Source: a virus (taxonomy: Duplodnaviria; Heunggongvirae; Uroviricota; Caudoviricetes). Taken from it: DNA of 38,363 nt. The first letter of the stretch is position 1. Every line of letters begins with the position of its first letter. The notes under the pieces are model-generated. The model ran no database searches. It worked only from the letters and a program-made list of their open reading frames with translations, and was not told the DNA's origin. Shown here in pieces: positions 26,218-35,505 of the stretch. Position numbers and translations under genes: made by a program. Location of the stretch: the IMG/VR virus record IMGVR_UViG_2541047946_000018, positions 1 to 38,363 of that record; one strand, given 5' to 3'.

Positions 26218-26807
26218 CACTTCACCTCCTGCGGCGGTTCTGGTAGCGGCATCCAGTGGGTTACTCCATGCCATATACCAGTTAAGGTTTCAAACCTTGG
26301 CTCTCTGCCTTTCTGTGTCTTGGCATATCCATTCCTTGTATATACGCATTGTCTAACTGCATATCCATTCCATCCAATAACTGTTTGTCTAATTTCAGGC
26401 ATTCGCTCACTACAGCTTATCCAACCATCCGGAGTTCCCGGAGTTGGTCCATCGAATTCGGGCATGTCAGGACCTTTTCTGATAGCTTTAGCCAGCTCCA
26501 GCGGGTCATCGTAAAGCCAGTCGCCAGTTTGTGGGTGATTTGCTTCTGCCAGTTGCGCCGCCCATTCAAGGCCGTCTTTGTGACCTTGCAGATAGCCCAG
26601 CGGCAACTCATCACGATTACTTACATGTTCGGCACCCCGAAGCATGGCGGCGCGGAGTTTCTGTATCTCCCGTGCCATTATTGCGTCCTGACGAGGAGTG
26701 AACATATCACCTGCAATAATTCTGTTTAGTTCCTCGTCAGTGAACTCATAATCATCAGGAACATTGTGAACCTCAGCATAAAGAGGCTTTTTGGTAGAAA
26801 TGGTCAT
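26217..26807 (-). CDS. DUF551-like phage protein
   Basis: C-terminal WISCSERMPE...THWMPLPEPP pattern typical of DUF551, from memory. Confidence 0.5.
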   Translation of the reverse strand: MTISTKKPLYAEVHNVPDDYEFTDEELNRIIAGDMFTPRQDAIMAREIQKLRAAMLRGAEHVSNRDELPLGYLQGHKDGLEWAAQLAEANHPQTGDWLYDDPLELAKAIRKGPDMPEFDGPTPGTPDGWISCSERMPEIRQTVIGWNGYAVRQCVYTRNGYAKTQKGREPRFETLTGIWHGVTHWMPLPEPPQEVK

Positions 26808-27943
26808 CGTAAAACACCCTCCGCACTTACCAGTCCGTTTCGCAAAAGATAATCCATCGCCCTATCTGGTAATTTGCAATCAGGTTTTGCTTTTTTCAGT
26901 TGGCTGACCAATTGTTTAACCAGCACTGTTAATTCGATAACCTGGTAGCGCGGCAATGGTGAATTATCGGATTTGCCCTGACTTTCTGCGCTGCATGAAT
27001 GCCCTTCCAGCCATGCCAATGCTTGTCGCATGAAATACGCAATATGTTTGCCGTGGTAATCGTCTTCATCGATGTGAAAAGCGATACTGCGGATGTATTC
27101 TATTGCGTTTTCAATAGCCTCCGGCCTTATCGGCGCTGACATATTTTGATTTTGGAGTGCCAAGACGCGGCAGGCATACTCAACGCCCTTAACTGCATCT
27201 GCGCAGTAGTTATAGCGATTGCATTCCACTAATTTCCGTTTGAGTTTTTCAATTGCCTGCGCGACATCAGCCTGTATTACAGGAACTGGCGGAACGGCTG
27301 TTTGCTCTCGAACGTCATTAGTCGCTATCGGTTCTGCTGCCAACTGACTGGCATATTTGTTAATGGTAACGATAAGCTCTTGCTCAGCCTCATCCAGACA
27401 ATCACCGATACCTCGCCTGTCACCGTCAAAATCATCGAAATCGGCACGAATCTTGGCAACCTTCAGGATTGCGGACAACACCTCACTAGGAATTACCGGA
27501 TAGTTGGTTGACGTTTCCGCGATTTCCCGAAAATTATTGGTTGACGAATTCTTGTTTTCCCGAAAGTTTCCGGACTGAAGCATGGCGGCGCGGCAGGCGT
27601 TCCATCCAGCTGTTCGCCCAAGCGCGTAAACTTCAGATGGCTCAAGATAATCAATGTCATGCCCGTCCTCATCGTCGTTCTCAGGTAATGCAGCAGGTAC
27701 TACCGGTACTGGCGGAGCGGCGTAGACTTCAATAATCCCATTATCAATAGGCCACTCTCCATCCTTGATGTAGTCACTTGTGCCGTCAACTTGCTGTTCA
27801 GCAATGTGGAATGCACCAACTGGCTCTGCCTCAAGCGAGGCCAGTGCAATTCGTGCCAGTTCCATTTGTTCGCCACGGGTAAGCCCGTTATCAAGCGGAT
27901 TTTTAATGAATAATTCGATACGTTCTTTGGTAATAGTGGTCAT
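26804..27943 (-). CDS. Hypothetical nin-region protein (379 aa)
   Basis: ATGA-type overlaps with both neighbours; no family recognised. Confidence 0.5.
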   Translation of the reverse strand: MTTITKERIELFIKNPLDNGLTRGEQMELARIALASLEAEPVGAFHIAEQQVDGTSDYIKDGEWPIDNGIIEVYAAPPVPVVPAALPENDDEDGHDIDYLEPSEVYALGRTAGWNACRAAMLQSGNFRENKNSSTNNFREIAETSTNYPVIPSEVLSAILKVAKIRADFDDFDGDRRGIGDCLDEAEQELIVTINKYASQLAAEPIATNDVREQTAVPPVPVIQADVAQAIEKLKRKLVECNRYNYCADAVKGVEYACRVLALQNQNMSAPIRPEAIENAIEYIRSIAFHIDEDDYHGKHIAYFMRQALAWLEGHSCSAESQGKSDNSPLPRYQVIELTVLVKQLVSQLKKAKPDCKLPDRAMDYLLRNGLVSAEGVLR

Positions 27944-28149
27944 TTGTTAATCCTCAAAACTTTATGCCCGGGCGCAAAAGCACGTGTTTTGTCTTTACTT
28001 ATTCGCCACCCGTCTTTACGGGCCTCTTTTGCACAACCAGACCATGACGTACCGATATACTCACCGAAGTCTGGCACTGGATATACACCTTCCGTACACT
28101 GGCGGCAGTCACAATAGAGATGCATGGTGTAACTTGCAGCGATAGCCAT
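27940..28149 (-). CDS. Small Cys-rich protein (69 aa)
   Basis: ATG 28149 with AAGGAG RBS; CDCRQC motif. Confidence 0.45.
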   Translation of the reverse strand: MAIAASYTMHLYCDCRQCTEGVYPVPDFGEYIGTSWSGCAKEARKDGWRISKDKTRAFAPGHKVLRINK

Positions 28150-28150
28150 A

Positions 28151-28849
28151 TCACTCTCCTTTGATGCGAATGCCAGGGGCGCGTGGCACATTAACTTCCA
28201 CGATGCGCACAGTTGGTTTGTACATCTCAATCGCAGTCAGCCAGTCAGCGCCAGTCATGCGCTTTTCTGCATCGCCATTAGTCCACTTAACCGGTACACC
28301 AATAGCCTTCATCGCGATTTCTATTTCCCCGGCAATGGCGCTTTTTCCGCAACCAGTAAAACCAGATACAACGACCAGAACTTCACCTTTGGCTGGTTTT
28401 ATTTCCCGCTCCTCTAGTTCAGCAATGCGCTTACTCCCATCCGAGATAACACCTTCGTAATACTCACGCTGCTCGTTGAGTTTTGATTTTGTCTCCTCAA
28501 GCTCAACTCTCAGCTTCCCAACCGTAAGCGCAATATCCTCGTTCTCCTGATCGCGGCTTTTGATGTATTGCAGGTTTCTTTCCCGTTCATCCAGCAGTGC
28601 CAGCACGGTAGCTGGATTGGCTGCGGCGATGAATTCAGCATTGGCCTGCTGCTCCATTTGGAAATCTTCATAGAAACGGCTTTCTGGATGCGCTCCTTCA
28701 ATTCTGCAAATGGGAATATATCCAGCAACTTCACGATGAATTAGTGCATCATCACCATCAAATCGGCCATCTCCATATTCGAGCGACCACTCGCCACACG
28801 TTGCTTTCTCTGCCGCCTCACGCAGTGCCTGATAGTCAATCTTGCTCAC
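28151..28849 (-). CDS. Ead/Ea22-like protein
   Basis: N-terminus MSKIDYQALREAAEKAT..W and coiled-coil middle typical of lambdoid Ea22-like proteins, from memory. Confidence 0.5.
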   Translation of the reverse strand: MSKIDYQALREAAEKATCGEWSLEYGDGRFDGDDALIHREVAGYIPICRIEGAHPESRFYEDFQMEQQANAEFIAAANPATVLALLDERERNLQYIKSRDQENEDIALTVGKLRVELEETKSKLNEQREYYEGVISDGSKRIAELEEREIKPAKGEVLVVVSGFTGCGKSAIAGEIEIAMKAIGVPVKWTNGDAEKRMTGADWLTAIEMYKPTVRIVEVNVPRAPGIRIKGE

Positions 28850-29277
28850 TGGATGACTCCTTTACGAAGCTGTTCAGCAATACTTACGCATATCTCTGCG
28901 CCTCTAATCAGCCCCGGAACGTTCTTGTTTGGCCCAACTTCACCATCAACAAAATCAATCATCGCGTTACGAGCCATATCCACGCCCTGCGCCCGCACTT
29001 CAGCCAGGAAAGCGTCGGTGGCTGGGGTTTCCGTGAAGTTGTCCTCCCAACCGTAGTACTCCTGACGACAGAAGTTATTAAATTCCTTCTCCGACTGTTT
29101 AAGCCCCGCATTCTCCGCCGCCAGCGCATTAGCACGCACCAGTTGCACTTCCAGTTGCGTTGCCAAATCGCTGATCAGCTTTGCCACACTGCGCATATCA
29201 ACGGCACCACATTCTGCTTTCAGTTCCGAAGCCATCTCATGCCCGGCGGCAACTAACCCTTTGATATTACTTTCCAT
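28846..29277 (-). CDS. Hypothetical early protein (143 aa)
   Basis: ATG 29277 with GAGGG RBS. Confidence 0.5.
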   Translation of the reverse strand: MESNIKGLVAAGHEMASELKAECGAVDMRSVAKLISDLATQLEVQLVRANALAAENAGLKQSEKEFNNFCRQEYYGWEDNFTETPATDAFLAEVRAQGVDMARNAMIDFVDGEVGPNKNVPGLIRGAEICVSIAEQLRKGVIQ

Positions 29278-29338
29278 CTTTACCCTCGCTTATCCACATA
29301 ACTTATTGATTACATTGATAACTAAAAAGATCGTCGAT

Positions 29339-29683
29339 TCAGAACTTTTCGATGTTCCAGCCACCACCTGCTTTCTTTGGTTTAACCGTTACCCCGATGA
29401 TTCGGAACGGATACTGATCTGCGGCGACTTTGGTTTTCACCCTGGCGTCGTCGGTCCAGAAACCTTTCACTTCGTGCAGTTCCATCTCGCCGGTGGCGAG
29501 CATCACAGCAAAATCGGGCGTATAGAACGTGTTGTCAGCTAACCGCAGCTTGATACCCTCAAATCGATACCAGACGATTTCTCCTGCACGTTTACGCAGC
29601 TCAAGGTGCTGGCAATACGCAGATTCTGTTTTGTTCATCTGACCTGTTTTGAGTCGACCAAGAGCCTGTATCTGTTTTCTCAT
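29339..29683 (-). CDS. PD-(D/E)xK-type nuclease-like protein (114 aa)
   Basis: PDFAV...GEMELHEVKG resembles a PD...ExK catalytic motif; the start codon is overlapped by an operator site. Confidence 0.45.
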   Translation of the reverse strand: MRKQIQALGRLKTGQMNKTESAYCQHLELRKRAGEIVWYRFEGIKLRLADNTFYTPDFAVMLATGEMELHEVKGFWTDDARVKTKVAADQYPFRIIGVTVKPKKAGGGWNIEKF

Positions 29684-29685
29684 GA

Positions 29686-29702
29686 TTTACCTCTGAGGTA
29701 AT
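29686..29702. promoter_or_regulatory. Operator site TTTACCTCTGAGGTAAT abutting the nuclease start codon
   Basis: Consensus palindrome; AACCACATA element at 29707..29715. Confidence 0.55.
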
Positions 29703-29747
29703 TAAAAACCACATAAGACACGAAATCAATAGATTTTAGAATATTTT

Positions 29748-29764
29748 ATTACCTAACAGGTAAT
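29748..29764. promoter_or_regulatory. Operator site ATTACCTAACAGGTAAT
   Basis: Perfect half-sites. Confidence 0.6.
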
Positions 29765-29800
29765 TGTCGAGGCGTAAAAAAATGCGCTATCGCGCTGGTA

Positions 29801-30601
29801 TTACTTGATAAATCCTGCCGCCTTTCCCCGCCTGTATTCCTCCATCAGCCACTGCGCCGGTGTTATTCCCCCAAGGGTGGCGGCGTTAGGCATGCACCCG
29901 AAACTTCGCCCTGGTGGATGGTAAACGTCTCTCCCTGTGTCCGGAGGCGTACTCATGGGCTCTGGCTTTGCCTGTATGCTGATCACCGGATCGGGTATCT
30001 GCTGTCCGGAAGCCACCTTTTTCGCCCAATCATCGAGCAGCCTGCGTGCGTGTTTCTCAACCTCAATCTCGCTAAGCTGGCGCTGATACATTGCACGGCG
30101 GGTATCACATACGACCCAGTACATAACCGGATGTCGCCACGGGAATCTTTCGGGACCACCAGGATATAAACTTTTTTCCTTGCTGTACCGGTGAAACTCC
30201 GCCATCACATCGTCAATGGTGACGCCAAGAACCATCTTGCTGTCTTTGCACCACTTGATAAATTGCCCTGGAGACGGCCAGAACGGAGATTCACTGGCGC
30301 GGGCGTGGCGCATACCAGCAGAAACCTGTTCACGGGTTCGGATCCCCCCTTCGGCAAACGCAGCAATCCACTGCTGTTTTGCAGCAACTTCCTGCTCTGG
30401 CGTCTTCAGGTTGGTTACCACTGCCGCCGGAAACAGTTGTTTCAGCTGTTTAAAAAGGGCATCAACAAGCCTCTCTGCTGACATGTTCACCACATTGTCA
30501 TTGTTGACGTACTGATGCTCATAACCTGACATGCGAGAAAGGGCTTCTCCGTCACGGTTTTGTATCGCGGTAAAAACGTTGTTCACAAGAAATCCTCCCA
30601 T
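29801..30601 (-). CDS. Replication protein P-like (DnaB helicase loader)
   Basis: AAFAEGGIRTREQVSAGMRHARASESPFWPSPGQFIKWCKD matches lambda P (LAFRENGITTMEQVNAGMRVARRQNRPFLPSPGQFVAWCRE) from memory. Confidence 0.8.
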   Translation of the reverse strand: MGGFLVNNVFTAIQNRDGEALSRMSGYEHQYVNNDNVVNMSAERLVDALFKQLKQLFPAAVVTNLKTPEQEVAAKQQWIAAFAEGGIRTREQVSAGMRHARASESPFWPSPGQFIKWCKDSKMVLGVTIDDVMAEFHRYSKEKSLYPGGPERFPWRHPVMYWVVCDTRRAMYQRQLSEIEVEKHARRLLDDWAKKVASGQQIPDPVISIQAKPEPMSTPPDTGRDVYHPPGRSFGCMPNAATLGGITPAQWLMEEYRRGKAAGFIK

Positions 30602-31398
30602 GCTTCAGGGCTGTTCCAGTGCGGAACGTTGTTATCAGGTAATGTTGATTGCTTCTGTCTGCTAATCTGCAGCCGCCTTGCCAGCTTCTGCTCCCACTGT
30701 GCCTGATGGTATGCCTTACCCTCAGCCATCCAGTAAATTCTGAACTCTGCAAGTTCCTGTGCCGTTGGCAGACTGTCCAGGTAGATCCCCTGCAATGAGC
30801 TTTTCCGAAGAAAGTCATCTGATGGCTGCCATTGTTCATGCATGACAAATTTGCCTAATTGCCCTGGCCCACCAGGAGGAACAAAGTTATTCATCACGGC
30901 GTTGTTTGCTCCGGGGTCATGAGGCACAGAATCCCCGCTTTTTGTCCTGCTCTCCCTCTCTTGGTTAAATGACTGGTTATATGACTGGTTCTGGATCCCG
31001 TTTTTGGGATCATTCAACATCCCGTTTTTGGGATCATTCAACATCCCGTTTTTGGGTATATTCCCGTTTTCGGGTATATTCCCGTTTTCGGGTTCATTGC
31101 CCCCCTCCCGGTTGCCTTTAATGTTCCCGTTTTTGGTTATATTAAGAGAGAAAACCCGCACTCTTTTTGTCGCTCCCTTTCTCTCTCCGGTATCTGAAAT
31201 AATCCCCATTTTCATGAGCGATATAAGCCCGGCCTGCACGGTTTTTTTATTCAGGCAAGTGTCTTTAACGAGGCGTTCTATGCTGGGGTAGCAGAGGTTA
31301 TATTCATCGGCTCTGTCAGCCATCGAGAGCAGTATGAGCTTTAATGATGAGCTACCTGGATCTGTCTCCCAAGCCCAATCTGTTGCATGTCTGCTCAT
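30583..31398 (-). CDS. Replication initiator O-like protein with ori iterons inside the gene
   Basis: N-terminal replisome-organiser-like domain; protein repeats ENGNIP/KNGMLNDP mirror the DNA iterons. Confidence 0.75.
   Translation of the reverse strand: MSRHATDWAWETDPGSSSLKLILLSMADRADEYNLCYPSIERLVKDTCLNKKTVQAGLISLMKMGIISDTGERKGATKRVRVFSLNITKNGNIKGNREGGNEPENGNIPENGNIPKNGMLNDPKNGMLNDPKNGIQNQSYNQSFNQERESRTKSGDSVPHDPGANNAVMNNFVPPGGPGQLGKFVMHEQWQPSDDFLRKSSLQGIYLDSLPTAQELAEFRIYWMAEGKAYHQAQWEQKLARRLQISRQKQSTLPDNNVPHWNSPEAWEDFL
30995..31140. repeat. Replication origin iterons: 5-6 copies of the dyad ATCCCGTTTTTGGGAT and variants
   Basis: Direct repeats at 30995, 31019, 31043, 31061, 31079 and 31123, each internally palindromic. 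Confidence 0.8.
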
Positions 31399-31413
31399 GA
31401 TTAATCTCCGCTA

Positions 31414-31614
31414 TCAGCTTGAATGTTGTGGGGAGGAATTAATCATGATCTGCTTAATCTCTGCCCTGATGCGACGGTTTGACTCCATGGTGCACTCAAC
31501 ACAGTGTCCGTTGTAAACCCAGCGTTCACTGTCATGTCCGTGCTTACATGGTTTTCCGGTGTAGTAGCGTTTAAGTCCGCGCTTTGCGGCATCAATACGT
31601 GTAATGATTTCCAT
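31414..31614 (-). CDS. Small zinc-ribbon-like protein (66 aa) at the cII position
   Basis: ATG 31614 with RBS; CKHGH...CVEC motif; the track ORF extends upstream through the operator. Confidence 0.45.
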   Translation of the reverse strand: MEIITRIDAAKRGLKRYYTGKPCKHGHDSERWVYNGHCVECTMESNRRIRAEIKQIMINSSPQHSS

Positions 31615-31693
31615 GGTAAGCCCTGTTATTAGTATTGGGATTACGGTTATTTTGTGCTGACACAAAAAAAAGATCAACCAGATTTGGTTTTTT

Positions 31694-31710
31694 ATTACCT
31701 TTGAGGTACG
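31694..31710. promoter_or_regulatory. Operator site ATTACCTTTGAGGTACG
   Basis: Palindrome between the cro-proximal terminator and the downstream gene. Confidence 0.5.
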
Positions 31711-31717
31711 AATAGAT

Positions 31718-31742
31718 ATGAAAAGACCGCCGGATGGCGGTC
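31718..31742 (-). terminator. tR1-like intrinsic terminator after the cro-like gene
   Basis: GACCGCC-atcc-GGCGGTC hairpin followed by TTTTCAT on the minus strand. Confidence 0.65.
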
Positions 31743-31764
31743 TACAGAGGGTTGTTGCCAGATA

Positions 31765-31995
31765 TCATGAGTAGAAGAAGTATGCCAGTTCCGCTTTTGA
31801 GCGCAGCCATTGTCTTGTTTTACAGGCTTTAAAAAGCCCATTCATCAATACCTTACCTGGCATTTTGCGCTTACCTGTTAAGTGAGTCTGGATATAGTGA
31901 CTCGTCGTTCCGGCTTCCTGTGCGAAGGCTTCACGCTCATCCGGAGTAAGTGCAAGCCAGTGCTTTTTGAAATCGAAATGTCCGTTATCGCTCAT
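31765..31995 (-). CDS. Cro-like HTH regulator
   Basis: 76 aa with HTH (FAQEAGTTSHYIQTHLTGKR), divergent from the repressor gene across the operator region. Confidence 0.6.
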   Translation of the reverse strand: MSDNGHFDFKKHWLALTPDEREAFAQEAGTTSHYIQTHLTGKRKMPGKVLMNGLFKACKTRQWLRSKAELAYFFYS

Positions 31996-32030
31996 AGCTA
32001 TTGCCTGATATTTATTTCAGATAATAAATA

Positions 32031-32095
32031 TTCACCCATAAGGTAACAAAAATCAAGGATAGTTACCTATGGGGTGCATTTACCTGTTGGGTAAT
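32031..32095. promoter_or_regulatory. Immunity operator region with three operator sites between cro-like and cI-like genes
   Basis: Sites at 32031..32047 (TCACC-N5-GGTAA), 32062..32078 (degenerate) and 32079..32095 (TTTACCTGTTGGGTAAT). Confidence 0.7.
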
Positions 32096-32149
32096 ATTGC
32101 TTTAAATTGAATCATCTACTGATTCATATATGAGGCGATTTTCCAGAAA

Positions 32150-32734
32150 ATGAAAAGTATCCAGGACGTCCGCAGGCAAAATCTCAACGACTTGATCGAC
32201 CGTGAATTCAATGGTGTTCAGACGCGGATGGCTGAAAAACTTGGAACTCAGGCAAATCTGGTAAACCGCTGGGCTCTTGGCAAGAAGGTTATCGGCGACC
32301 AGGTTGCACGAAAAATTGAAGCTGCCGCCAATAAACCCCGTAACTGGCTTGATATCGATCGCTCGCTTTCTCAGGAAGGTTTTCAGCCTGTCGGCCCAAG
32401 CGACATTGGCCAGCTGGCGGCTCACAACCTGGAACGCTGGATGAGCGAAAGCCGCGACCTTTCAACACAGGGAAAACTTCACCGCGCATCCGGCGTAGCC
32501 CAGGTGACAATCAGCCGCCTGTTAAACAATGAGGTCAGCGTTTCCATTTCCACCCTGGAGAATGTTGCATCCGCATTCGGGCGTCACGGCTATGAATTAC
32601 TGATTCACCCGCACGACCCTGCGACCATCAACTATGATCGCTCGCGCTACGCATTGTTACCCGAAACCGAGAAAGCAAAGATCGAAAGTTACATTGAATT
32701 TGTCATCAACCAGAACGAAAAAAACAAACAATAA
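32150..32734 (+). CDS. CI-like repressor with two HTH domains and no recognisable S24 autopeptidase domain
   Basis: Two XRE-type HTH segments; no GDSM/Ser-Lys dyad region; position between the operator clusters. Confidence 0.6.
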   Translation: MKSIQDVRRQNLNDLIDREFNGVQTRMAEKLGTQANLVNRWALGKKVIGDQVARKIEAAANKPRNWLDIDRSLSQEGFQPVGPSDIGQLAAHNLERWMSESRDLSTQGKLHRASGVAQVTISRLLNNEVSVSISTLENVASAFGRHGYELLIHPHDPATINYDRSRYALLPETEKAKIESYIEFVINQNEKNKQ

Positions 32735-32756
32735 AACCATATTTTTCAGTAAGTAA

Positions 32757-32780
32757 GCCGCCTTATGGCGGCTTTTTTAT
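32757..32780 (+). terminator. Intrinsic terminator after the repressor gene
   Basis: GCCGCC-ttat-GGCGGC hairpin followed by TTTTTTAT. Confidence 0.75.
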
Positions 32781-32800
32781 TGCCTATTCGATTACCTAAC

Positions 32801-32870
32801 GGGTAATTTTTTTAACTCATATCTATTGACATCAAACCATATACGCATAATTATTACCTCAACGGTAACA
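32801..32870. promoter_or_regulatory. OL/PL-like region: operator sites at 32801..32817 and 32854..32870 flanking a TTGACA -35 hexamer
   Basis: ATTACCTAACGGGTAAT and ATTACCTCAACGGTAAC; TTGACA at 32825..32830; extra half-site GGTAAC at 32877..32882. Confidence 0.6.
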
Positions 32871-32887
32871 GACCGAGGTAACAAGTT

Positions 32888-33040
32888 ATGCAGTGGAAAA
32901 TCATCAACGGTTGGTACTGCGTTACTGCATGCGGATTCATGAGCTGGAAGTTCCGCACCTTACAGGAAGGCATTAAGTGGGCTTTCGTCAGCAAAGAAGC
33001 TCGCGATGTGGCCAACGATAACGAGATATGGGAGGGCTGA
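32888..33040 (+). CDS. Small first gene of the leftward-type early operon (50 aa)
   Basis: ATG 32888 with GAGGT RBS; not in the ORF track (below cutoff). Confidence 0.4.
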   Translation: MQWKIINGWYCVTACGFMSWKFRTLQEGIKWAFVSKEARDVANDNEIWEG

Positions 33041-33042
33041 TA

Positions 33043-33342
33043 ATGAACGTTAATCAGCAGAAAAATCTTCAAAAAATCATGCTGGCATTCGACAAGGACT
33101 ACCGTCTGTCAGAACAGCTATATGACCGACAAGTTGAACTGATTGAGAGTATCCGGCTTCATCAACTGGCATCAACTTTCGACGTTGTAACAGTTAAAGG
33201 CGTTCGCCAGGAAGTACTGGAGGCCGCTAAAGACAGCCCTGAGTTCGAAGAACTAATGGATGCCTACCGGCGCGAGGCAATGGCAATTATCGCCCGCTGG
33301 GATCTGGCTGATCAGCTTGATGGGCAGAGGGACGCGGCATGA
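33043..33342 (+). CDS. Hypothetical early protein (99 aa)
   Basis: ATG 33043 with GGGAGGG RBS; ATGA overlap with the downstream exonuclease gene. Confidence 0.5.
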   Translation: MNVNQQKNLQKIMLAFDKDYRLSEQLYDRQVELIESIRLHQLASTFDVVTVKGVRQEVLEAAKDSPEFEELMDAYRREAMAIIARWDLADQLDGQRDAA

Positions 33343-34160
33343 AACCGGGAATTTATTTCGACATCAGCAACGAAGACTACCACGCCGGTGACGGCGTGAG
33401 TAAGTCGCAACTGGACATGGTTGCCAAGAATCCGGCGCTTCTTAAATGGGTTCAGGCAGCACCAGAAGACGAAGAGAAAAAGTCTGCACTGGATATGGGA
33501 ACCGCATTGCACTGTCTGCTTCTGGAGCCTGGAGAGTTCGACAAACGCTTCATTGTTTCACCGAAATTCGATCGTCGGACGAAACAAGGTAAAGCTGACG
33601 AAGAGGAATTTCTTCGTGATGTGGCGGATATGGGGATTACGGTACTTGATGCCGAGCAGTGGCGGAAACTGGAGCTGATGCGTGATAGCGCAATGGCTCA
33701 CCCGGCGGCACGCTGGATGCTGGAAGCACCTGGTTACTGCGAAGCATCAATGTACTGGAACGATGAAGAGACGGGGGAGTTGTGCCGAATTCGTCCAGAC
33801 AAATGGCTGAACGAGCACAACGTGATCGTCGACGTGAAAAAGGTTGCAGATATGGACCGTTTTGCACGCCACATCGAGGAATTCCGCTACCACGTGCAGG
33901 ACGCAATGTACCGCGAAGGCGCAATGAGGGTTACTGGTCAGCCGCATGGTTTTTTCTTTCTTGCCGTGAGCGAAAGCATTGATTGTGGTCGGTATCCGGT
34001 ACGCGTGTTCGAGCTGGATGCGCAGGATGTCGATGCCGGGCACGCTCTGTTCCGCCGGGATCTGAATACCTATCACGAATGCCGCATCAATGATGAATGG
34101 GGCGGTGTGGAAATCATTAAACGCCCTGAGTGGGCACGCAAACAGGATATGTACATATGA
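33339..34160 (+). CDS. Recombination exonuclease (PD-(D/E)xK, RecE/YqaJ-like)
   Basis: Immediately upstream of and coupled to RecT; Asp/Glu/Lys-containing nuclease-like core. Confidence 0.6.
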   Translation: MKPGIYFDISNEDYHAGDGVSKSQLDMVAKNPALLKWVQAAPEDEEKKSALDMGTALHCLLLEPGEFDKRFIVSPKFDRRTKQGKADEEEFLRDVADMGITVLDAEQWRKLELMRDSAMAHPAARWMLEAPGYCEASMYWNDEETGELCRIRPDKWLNEHNVIVDVKKVADMDRFARHIEEFRYHVQDAMYREGAMRVTGQPHGFFFLAVSESIDCGRYPVRVFELDAQDVDAGHALFRRDLNTYHECRINDEWGGVEIIKRPEWARKQDMYI

Positions 34161-35098
34161 GCAACGACATCGCAAACATCAACGCACCAGTAGACACAGC
34201 AATCGCTGGAACTGCTGCAACTATTTTCAGCCCAGACGGCTTGAACCAACTGATGAAATTCGCCGAGGTAATGGCGCAAAGCCGCGTAACGGTACCGGCG
34301 CACCTCGCCGGGAAACCAGCTGATTGCATGGCCGTGGCAATGCAGGCTGCGCAGTGGGGAATGAACCCGTTTGCCGTGGCTCAGAAAACCCATGTTGTGA
34401 ACGGCACGCTAGGTTATGAAGCCCAATTAGTAAACGCAGTTATCTCAACGATGTCGCCAACAAAAGATCGCATCAACTACGAGTGGTTCGGGCCGTGGGA
34501 ACGCGTGATCGGTAAGTTTGTTGAGAAAACATCCAAAAACGGCAATCCATATATCGCACCAGGCTGGACTCTAAAAGACGAAGAAGGCTGCGGTGTTCGC
34601 GTATGGGCAACCATGAAGGGCGAGGATCAACCTCGAGTGCTTGAGTTAATGCTGTCTCAAGCACAGGTAAGAAACTCCACACTTTGGGCCAGTGATCCGA
34701 AACAACAACTCGCATACCTTGCGACAAAACGCTGGTCTCGCCTGCACTGTCCTGACGTAATCATGGGCGTCTACACCCCAGACGAATTACAGGAAACGGC
34801 ACCGCGCGTTGAGCGAGACATTACTCCGCAAACGACCACTGCTGCGGGAATGAACAGTCTGATCAACGCTAAACCAGCGAAAAAGCCTGATGAGCAAACG
34901 CGTAAATCGGACAGCCGTGATCCAGAAGAAATGCTGATGGCCTTTACCAGCGCAGCGATGAATTACAGCACTGTCTCCGAACTGGATAAGGCTTACAAAT
35001 ACATTGCACAAAAACTTTCAGATGATGACGAACTGCTGGCAAAAGCAACCGACGTTTACAGCGTTCGTCGGGAAGAATTAAACGAAACATCTATGTAA
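34157..35098 (+). CDS. recT: RecT-family single-strand annealing protein
   Basis: RecT-like core (FAEVMAQSRV...AVAMQAAQWGMNPF) and position after the exonuclease. Confidence 0.7.
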   Translation: MSNDIANINAPVDTAIAGTAATIFSPDGLNQLMKFAEVMAQSRVTVPAHLAGKPADCMAVAMQAAQWGMNPFAVAQKTHVVNGTLGYEAQLVNAVISTMSPTKDRINYEWFGPWERVIGKFVEKTSKNGNPYIAPGWTLKDEEGCGVRVWATMKGEDQPRVLELMLSQAQVRNSTLWASDPKQQLAYLATKRWSRLHCPDVIMGVYTPDELQETAPRVERDITPQTTTAAGMNSLINAKPAKKPDEQTRKSDSRDPEEMLMAFTSAAMNYSTVSELDKAYKYIAQKLSDDDELLAKATDVYSVRREELNETSM

Positions 35099-35147
35099 CC
35101 ACCACCGCGGCGCCACGTGCGCCGCACTGCAACCAAGAGAGGTATTC

Positions 35148-35396
35148 ATGAAAGGTGCATTAGGTAAGAAAGAACTCCTGGCGGTGGTGCCACTGTCATG
35201 GAGCACTATCGACCGTATGGAGCGCGCAGGGGAATTTCCTAAACGCTGGTATATCACCGATAAACGCTGCGCATGGAACCGTGATGAAGTTGAGCGTTGG
35301 CTTGATGAACGTCAGGCAGCAAGCCCGGCAGAGTTCCAGGGTAAAAAGCCTCCTGTTCAGCAACGTGTATATCGTCCCGTGAGCAACGCTGCATGA
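35148..35396 (+). CDS. AlpA/Xis-like excisionase or regulator
   Basis: KKELLAVVPLSWSTIDRMERAGEFPKRWYITDKRCAWNRDEVERWL matches the AlpA-family HTH pattern. Confidence 0.65.
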   Translation: MKGALGKKELLAVVPLSWSTIDRMERAGEFPKRWYITDKRCAWNRDEVERWLDERQAASPAEFQGKKPPVQQRVYRPVSNAA

Positions 35397-35505
35397 GTGC
35401 GCTGCTAAGGCACTGGAGCAAATGGTCAGGATGGTACTTATTCCTGGCCTCTGTTTCAGCATGGCTTTATCTGCTGGCATTAATTTTCAGAGAGGGTTGG
35501 ATTAA

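Noticed and set aside
30995-31140. Possible CRISPR array because of regularly spaced direct repeats
   Set aside because: Repeats are 16-18 bp dyads with 6-8 bp spacers inside a coding gene and no cas genes nearby; they are ori iterons.
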